Shown here piece by piece: positions 61,001 to 64,000 of a DNA stretch of 64,000 nucleotides. Position 1 is the first letter of the stretch, and each line of letters begins with the position of its first letter. Where the stretch lies: the IMG/VR virus record IMGVR_UViG_3300030202_002165. One strand, written 5' to 3'. The position numbers and the translations under genes were made by a program. Under the pieces are notes generated by a model. The model was given only the letters and a program-made list of their open reading frames with translations, was not told the DNA's origin and did not search any database. This stretch comes from an uncultured virus (IMG/VR IMGVR_UViG_3300030202_002165). Lineage: Duplodnaviria; Heunggongvirae; Uroviricota; Caudoviricetes.

Positions 61001-61380
61001 AAGCTAAAAAATTAAATCTAATACAAGACAAGTTTGATAATTCATATCAAGCAGGTAATACAAATAAGATAAATAACTTTACTCGAGGTAGATTAATTAT
61101 AACTGTCCCTATTAAGGGTTCTGCTACTGCCCCTATTAATCTAGAGCTTCTTAGTAAAGGAATGGCCAAAGTGGCAGCTATTGCAAAAGCAAATCCAAAT
61201 CAGAAAATTTTAGTACCTTTGTCAAGAGATAGTAATACACTTATTGATGATATTATCCCTGTCTATAAAAAATTAATGACTTCTAGTCCAAATATAAGTA
61301 TAGTATTAGCTTCTACTAGTAACTTAACACAAAGAGGCATTGAAGATAATGAAGTAATTAAAAAACTATTAAATTGTTAA
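49027..61380 (+). CDS. Giant virion-associated two-barrel RNA polymerase polyprotein with zincin motifs and C-terminal macrodomain-like region
   Basis: Catalytic GSDYDIDKL (DxDxD at 58225-58239) preceded by FRIPT (R at 58108); ADAQGFIT; HEAFH...EELAEEF (54106); HEYQH (53734); N-terminal hydrophobic ejection-protein-like region. Confidence 0.9.
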   Translation: MSNKKYLWDYKDAELDNNNLEEKKEPTFQEWNETFHYTPGQATGFVVDDKEAEEVRDLIKDRGAVHYGADDVQELIAADQSTANKWANALIKLAPKTLNVAVGGIAMLPSAIGTTADWLVGGLEEGEAWKDIYDNDFHRSLDGINEWLDKELPNYYTKEEQKMGFIRSIGTANFVNDFTNGLSFVAGAVLSELALSAATAATFGAAAPAQGAGTVGIVSRAASTLKNISKGKAVTNPTRGTKVAEKFYNTVPKLGSRIKAGGMLGRRLLTGAGYESGVEARHHIDSVYSELSSAEEAKLGRPLTQEEQADIYDLASASGNAVFTANLALVGVGNIVAFPKLFGPGYKTASKNWGNVMRGLKGDLTSPYVAAHKAWSKQRNFLNAAYHVLKRPAYEGFVEEGGQSWLDVAGQHSAADFYMRGKRPTQLESVKGLIQGMHQTAVETFGSNQTQKEMGIGFLLGALGLPTYSRTRGTETVDPKTGKKTKGKREWGMMGGSYGSYQDMKAAQNRSEALADYANKYPDAFQALKSNFDLLVKDGTLSEEMDVAMATNNMFAWKSAKDDQFFNYVRSRTQAGYFNDVVDDIESIRQLDNKTFAEAFGYDPEMSDTELSARKDKVVESALRKANLIKKASKTIDNLYQGENDAIRESMEHALASVELVGIREESILDKIDELTDGKLNLRASEGVSKILKETLGSGTVSFAARAAEIREQLKQNSNLGPDHPNKFPADTVQELEAAAEMLEKGLGELQYSNAVDDIEFMKKWQAEDPDGYNASPHRNEVAQMLSDLRKLRERRQDAIRMYNQLNTNLGEAEFNKHVEYYTDAYAKQEKARQEAATEEAVETQDPQALYNVNSEAEFIIKDPKNGKDLLVKFADKDHIQGVEDPSRRYSSKLLATHFVRTASPSTVEVDPEPTNEGEISVETSEEYDLPIRDQIKKPSLEHIGFGKTAGQMSGDMSPEQQNFYNYLHSTTNFSNVEIELVSPKNNKYSWLEFYDKDDIKAVVVNKKSGTPKKFKGDYVHTSIMLPELTKDGTPRFYDLDSLPKEFIDARVEEFKQLRKTAAEGNVRLPITGRSALFASQATKDNINNEAYYSIVKRIVPTRKDIADVDLRIATSNKVPINAIEYNVIPGLPFIVHNQMPITLFKRTLTEKENTTITNLLVMYSQNMISKDPSVQENPDQILDSAVGQGENLKIIDAIRSMIRFGGYKDGASNPEYQIKLTNKGVLLKGRTALTWKALANEDPKAIDKLKTFLSNKIHDINNNILRSNDVYYHVSLTEEGLDVQDYTNYKEYLLAPRELTEEIPYRTALAPMSTDMDAPQFAGGYLTFDIPSAATTPKKESTDSRPAAQKEVNKFDTFQNIMTEGTEWALEGVSTKGEPRSANFKVVSQNGAATVVVLPGEDKLYSAWIQEIIQPNLVNPDYALANFHIDVRGIYEMSVDDYNKVKPRLYSKEVTRVNPFEAVEEQTANTRNDIKQKVEDVPGYLYSYKGVPVLHKTDIVTQEGTPGTAQRTTLFGGDVIYINKTKMKAAFKSKAWTTPRKLKDGTSIIPIPTNAFPTLKAFESFIIEHEYQHTQIKQKKGETMGEYEDRINQAAFKALTPEDESTANESPNPFGRTRNRRAPGDTKALESQRKLRGKYKKINIAEERQWFEGKFNMPFNTMKGLVSGSNYGEFRQLADVMISEMAIEGTTFHEAFHVVHDYFWTPEEKAQIYRDYKKYTKQPNITNAQIEEELAEEFRHYMLKDGLSVVPPVKGLKAWFKRLWDFIKSLGTSERYSPEGIRLANLFESIRTTDYRTPKHEKTALLNRFLISINPTTKTLEGANVSETKAILDGFVNSVFDELDKEESSLHFTDLLNLTTNTEVTAEFGVLMQHGFENMLGVLRNQVQEQLADGTWADRTDVSTAERNAVYDNAEFLQANQAEIFDLFTDWLETFGINMEIELNETEATKENNFGATHQVLETSARGNSPNVIKLLIASLPINSATSTTMGLYGLVDYTNVFDSLHNELAGVQDFAGQVQAIKNMAMNRPDIAQPLGVLLNRLKATHQPSELNFKQISLRNKFIQQFDKTKNTYYLNLIKDPVTIHATDSNTSRTEDKIRNDWRSNFREMALSEKGFFKINDETGGIILDPNKKFKFGAKQATYKTLPKFKGDSYFNFLDLLGINFTNKAALKNNPDLLTEIMDHVINIKEFFLNKQANDTALEVEDLFREEDSGIAARLNKLVSMELPYYTNTIELQHITPEGKRAYGITLGNFMTRVANSLSRGVVPKYLQDAGTTVSGSKWLETVQKGGGINVVILEGATEDEKGSTGNVTKNLTPTDRDAMYINNTLNGRYPMLQASEKKTVFGFEILDKKGVIGARKINRARSISDLLGHLKNEIEITLNLVRDNKGNDIKGFKNTARGLRAFDYLNAMPLPGGKTLIDVLQDEFGTISADEIMKQNYTLFAGEVALNVDKHIEETTERLIKNGMLKIYPSGLIHLKGIDAETFGKTLGLTRPTNKEGNKIDYKQVIGEKLKLTPEELRQFVEAFVLRDQLSALEQLKLFFGDLAFFTETSLYKRTAGPHGVKKFAITGEFISDWLNQNIKRFDNKIADDRVRTIMLRDVTASSQYYNEYAKLVGPEIADAYLNYNEADAQGFITIDEYIEFLTRTSDITEKHLDLYQKVQEGLPLTSEEMIYFTPLKPQYYGPSEAEGMYSPAYYKLSLAVLLPQMLQRVNPKNGIMEETALARLHEDMVNNQVGIAVFESGIKIGGKVDPASGLSQRFYNRTGEYSKMNPNNIQTLYYDYLGVQVDMGTAVKDKSSSGTQRRALILANLMENGKGDESTVKSYNDAHNAMTNHNFQNFVHKLGFKADSEAENGYVQVADAEYLKEALLNETRQRKLNDNEMDGLELLLESEDQFLELVSNKPALDSVLHSLFARDVIEKKRFGGAYAQVSSTGSEIASEGRGITLKAMKQSDHSYGSNTSPLKFYRMSKDGKRVLGMEVMLPHYFKEFLGNEIRVINNQIVDADGNVIAGKELLDIFAFRIPTTGLGTIEVISIKGFLPKEAGEAVMTPSEIVVKSGSDYDIDKLTLIFPNYTVIREGNAKRLVKIPYLSEKIEDLEKVQALRRYDRPTYKRFIEEAGLKEGDVFRKAFDDINKELNKYKKDLFDLYNTEEVAKLDGKISLLKEDRATAKTASKRKLISNQIEDLIMDKMAIVSGYTNQIYKIEESFNELDKALAKSSYFKSLPNEYKNATKALENREIDISRDIATRPEMLAQLLRPTGAARLEQLADRLSLDTGIPLQEDLSYNSILGFNHRQNMGQRFWEGKAALGIAALENTMHVKMQQTNATQTVTDANYKFAELLQFEEEDSFERDEKYKEMKAKIAAQYGEADKTYVNYLGFSKDQGKTGYYVNEMLGEFVNAFVDVANKPFVYGLNANMETANTIFTLLRKGMSIDTIGTFLMQPALRDLTAEVPKAKSFILNLSRKDIVDNIYNKYEDIAGKERLDPQEIHIEQLQRGLMMGRDFESLSKQQQQTFGALQLAVLDMYKQARLDARDVSQVTSALAYDTNPPMNRMAAKIKQLKLQKIGAYGFKTGFSVDIGTLTTDSWMSQMVTATNEILPLYKDFYLVDTSPIVERMLDEIISKAAYKPEHDLIAALNILEHDYVTFLLSGLTDLESETSQLLQGPNSVARRWRAFQKANPDNLLSKELFSELQIHKDPKNLGYNIDGVRAFARKLPALESNLLTEAFMELYNGSPAHRDLAIDLMKVAILQYGMNKSPRSFMRIVPAGLYSKIAKEMVDEYKISRSLESKGIISSDTADDMAFLDQFPKNNWNNDMIVPTVRPVSLTPDMSEEDMRNAYPRMEDGVLYMRGRDATYVKTWVVDPSISEEKRKRLEKAGKRLPVVARLFKAIPGSPEDKLVAYKNVPKLGNGVNLKEYSLNSQKSSIINLNNDLIGSTTEVKTQIKDTRTPEEKVFEGNIFDLNGIPVIPINLQGDHADGIALQAKKLNLIQDKFDNSYQAGNTNKINNFTRGRLIITVPIKGSATAPINLELLSKGMAKVAAIAKANPNQKILVPLSRDSNTLIDDIIPVYKKLMTSSPNISIVLASTSNLTQRGIEDNEVIKKLLNC

Positions 61381-61384
61381 CTTT

Positions 61385-62038
61385 ATGGCATTAACCGATT
61401 ATCAGATTACATATTTAACCGAAGAATTTAGAGTATTATCTCGTGAAGAGTTAAATAGTCTTAGAGCAGAAAATCCAAAAGCATATACTGAATATAATGG
61501 ATGGTATGATTTATTTTTATCTAATCAAGATATTTTTGAAACTGCTGTAGAAAGATACGGGGTAACACTTAGAGATGATGAAGGAGAAGCTTTACCTCCA
61601 TCAGATCCAGACTTTCAAGCCTTTGAAGATATAATTGAAACTTCTGCATCTGAAGTTCTTGGAGCGGCTCAAAAAGCAAAATCAGTTGAACAAAATATTA
61701 AAAAAACACTAGGTGAAGAGTCTGATATAGAACAGTATAGTGATAATCATTTTCTTATTAAAAGAGAGCCTAAACTTCTTCGAGCGGAAGATAAAATTAC
61801 TCAAGTTCAAATTACAGCTGCAGAATTAGCTACTGTTTCTGGTCTTCATAAACGTAAATTATTAGACGCTCGTGCTAACTATGATCCATTTGTTTCTGTA
61901 CCTGTAACAGATTCAGCCGGAAATGTAACATATACTATATCAGATGATGCCTTAATCTCATTTGTAGAAACTATGGAAGTTTCTTCGATTGTTAAGGAAA
62001 TTAAAAATGAAAACTACAAGAATAAATATAATAGATAA
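61385..62038 (+). CDS. Acidic hypothetical protein
   Basis: 217 aa ORF tightly packed between giant genes. Confidence 0.6.
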   Translation: MALTDYQITYLTEEFRVLSREELNSLRAENPKAYTEYNGWYDLFLSNQDIFETAVERYGVTLRDDEGEALPPSDPDFQAFEDIIETSASEVLGAAQKAKSVEQNIKKTLGEESDIEQYSDNHFLIKREPKLLRAEDKITQVQITAAELATVSGLHKRKLLDARANYDPFVSVPVTDSAGNVTYTISDDALISFVETMEVSSIVKEIKNENYKNKYNR

Positions 62039-64000
62039 TGGCGTGTCCAAATAAAAATCATCCAACCTGGAAAAATTTAGTAGCTAAAGTAGGTGAATAT
62101 GAAGCTATGTCTTTATATATGCGTAATGATGAAAGCACCCCTAGTATAGGAAGAGATTTAAAAATACCTAAAAGCGGCATAGTTTCATATCAGCAAAAAA
62201 TAAATATATTAAAAAGAATAAGGCCGTATAATACTAAATTAGGGACCGGACACAGAGTAAAATTTATTCCTACGGGAGAATCTTATGAAGGAAAAAGAGA
62301 ATACACATATGTAATTACAATTGAAGAAAATTGGAAAAGAAATAAAGATAGTCAAATGGCTTTATTTCAAGATAAAGCAGACCAAACAAAAGAACGAAAC
62401 GAAAGAATTGAAGATTCAATGAGAGTGTTCTTAGACACTATTGGAGTTGATTATCAAACTGTTGATCAAATTACTGATCGAGACGGAAATGCTTTAGGAT
62501 TTGCAGCTAAAGCTGATATGCTTAATAAAGTTGTTGAAGTAGTTGAAGATAAAGCTGGAATTGATACTTTACCAGAAGAGGCTGCGCATTTCTTTGTCAA
62601 TATCTTAGAAGCTGAAGGAGACCCTTTATATCTGTCATTGTATAATAATATAGATAAATATAAAGTCTTTGATGAAGTTGTAGAAAATCCAAATTATCAA
62701 AATTACTCAGAGGAAATGCAACGTAAGGAAGCTATTGGAAAAGCTATTGCAAAACATATAATAGGAAATGACAGTGATGCAGAATTATCTGATAACTTAT
62801 CTAGATTACAAAGGTGGTGGATTAAACTCTTAAACAAAATAAAAAAATTCTTTAATAAAACAGTTGATGATCCATATAGAACAGCTGCTTTGAACATGCT
62901 AAATAATGAAGTTAATCAAAATGCTGCAGAATTAATAACTGAAGAGCAAATAGAATTAGGAGATCTATATCAAGATTCTCCGCAGGACAAACAGGCAAAT
63001 GTTAAGAAATTACTTGACGAAACGGAAACAGATTTAGAAATGCGTTTACGAGATAATGAAGAAATAGCAGCTACATCTAAAGCTATACTAGATCTTCCGG
63101 AAGGTAAACAAACTAGTATGTATTACAGCCGTAGTCGAGGATCATTTGTTCAAGGAAGAGTTTCTCACATGGCTCAAGAAAAGCTTATTAAAAAGAAAGG
63201 TAAGCAATGGATGAGAGAAATTAACCAAAGGCCAGTAAATGAACACAAACGTACTCAAGGTACTGTGCATCACTCTACTATGCAAAATTTAGTAGACTTT
63301 TGGAGAGATTATACTGGAGCTAATAAAGAAGCAGAAAATAGACGATTAGAAGCTATAAAAGAAGCTGCTACTAATGTTGAAGGTTTAAAGATAATGACTA
63401 AAGAGCAATTTGCTATCTTATCAACTAATGTTAAGAAAATTATAGGGGAAATTAAGAAACAGCAAAAAGAAATAGATCCTAATGGAAAGGCTGATATACG
63501 ATCAGAAGCAATGTTATATGCTCCTGCAGAAAAAAGAGGGTTATATTATGGGGATACGGCAGGTACAGTAGATTTATTAGCTGTCTTTTCTGACGGCTCG
63601 GCATCTATTTATGACTGGAAATTTATTAGTCCGAGCCAAACAGCTGGATTTGGGCAAAAAAGAATGATAAGAGAAACGCCTTTCAGGTCAAAAGAAGATG
63701 GATATAATATGCAAATAGGAGCATATAAAAATATTCTTCAAAATTTTTACAGAGTAAAGAAAGTTAGACGTACAAGAATAGTTCCAGTACATGTGCAGTA
63801 TAAATGGGTAGGTAAATCAGGAGAGAAAACTATGTCTCCTGTAGTAGACACGCTTAAGATGGCTTACGATTTACAAGTAGAAGACGGTAAATTTGTAGAA
63901 GTAACAGGAGATCCATATTTAAAACAAATACCTGTAGCAGATGAATTAACAGATAAAAAGGGACTAGATAAGATCTTAAATCAAAAAATTCAAGAAAGAG
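62038..64000 (+). CDS. Large virion protein (3'-truncated) with EExxH zincin-like motif and PD-(D/E)xK nuclease domain; absent from ORF track
   Basis: TAATG overlap; frame reads MACPNKNHPTW...TLPEEAAHFF...GTVHH...AGTVDLL (63559)...IYDWK (63607)...QIGAY (63712) and stays open to the window end. Confidence 0.8.
   Translation, partial: MACPNKNHPTWKNLVAKVGEYEAMSLYMRNDESTPSIGRDLKIPKSGIVSYQQKINILKRIRPYNTKLGTGHRVKFIPTGESYEGKREYTYVITIEENWKRNKDSQMALFQDKADQTKERNERIEDSMRVFLDTIGVDYQTVDQITDRDGNALGFAAKADMLNKVVEVVEDKAGIDTLPEEAAHFFVNILEAEGDPLYLSLYNNIDKYKVFDEVVENPNYQNYSEEMQRKEAIGKAIAKHIIGNDSDAELSDNLSRLQRWWIKLLNKIKKFFNKTVDDPYRTAALNMLNNEVNQNAAELITEEQIELGDLYQDSPQDKQANVKKLLDETETDLEMRLRDNEEIAATSKAILDLPEGKQTSMYYSRSRGSFVQGRVSHMAQEKLIKKKGKQWMREINQRPVNEHKRTQGTVHHSTMQNLVDFWRDYTGANKEAENRRLEAIKEAATNVEGLKIMTKEQFAILSTNVKKIIGEIKKQQKEIDPNGKADIRSEAMLYAPAEKRGLYYGDTAGTVDLLAVFSDGSASIYDWKFISPSQTAGFGQKRMIRETPFRSKEDGYNMQIGAYKNILQNFYRVKKVRRTRIVPVHVQYKWVGKSGEKTMSPVVDTLKMAYDLQVEDGKFVEVTGDPYLKQIPVADELTDKKGLDKILNQKIQER

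Noticed and set aside
2377..62897. Short minus-strand and nested ORFs in the ORF track (e.g. 6517-6882, 41538-41891, 55719-56198)
   Set aside because: They lie inside long + strand genes, show shadow composition (S/F/L-rich) and have no recognisable motifs
1..64000. Stop-codon reassignment (TAG or TGA), known in some crAss-like phages
   Set aside because: Genes up to 12 kb are intact under code 11; TAG (3573, 24479, 25327) and TGA (5981, 25615, 35043) end genes at sensible boundaries
1..64000. tRNA, rRNA, integrase or transposase genes
   Set aside because: Intergenic gaps are short and accounted for by promoters or terminators; no cloverleaf or recombinase motifs were seen by eye

Overview
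This 64 kb window is an AT-rich, gene-dense segment of a crAss-like phage (Crassvirales or close relative). All credible genes are on the + strand and use the standard genetic code. The host is inferred to be a Bacteroidota, probably a marine Flavobacteriales, from TAnnTTTG promoter elements, SD-less A-rich start contexts, Q-rule signal peptides and a T9SS-like C-terminal domain. The window covers the virion and late-gene region: IHF-like, ParB-like, terminase, portal, scaffold-like, major capsid, ring/auxiliary capsid/tail-hub positional homologues, IHF-like, tail tubular, a 2146 aa stabilisation (muzzle) protein, ejected cargo proteins, a 4117 aa virion RNA polymerase polyprotein and the start of another giant protein with a PD-(D/E)xK domain. 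About 21 kb of accessory DNA (12.8-34.3 kb) interrupts the core tail genes. It holds a 3789 aa Cys-rich GCTD-repeat protein and a candidate host-envelope cassette: a CXXC-less periplasmic thioredoxin-fold protein, a GCTD-repeat protein with signal peptide and T9SS-like CTD, an outer-membrane beta-barrel, small membrane proteins and an uncalled 34 aa Cys-rich peptide. LamG, tail-fibre and lysis genes are also in this block. Other notable signals are a bipartite late-promoter motif in three copies (AGTGWTATAT 64-65 bp upstream of TAnnTTTG), a degenerate macrodomain at the RNAP C-terminus and a recurrent basic/aromatic-x-x-GG motif in putative internal virion proteins. All calls come from motif recognition and recalled synteny. 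No database searches were run.
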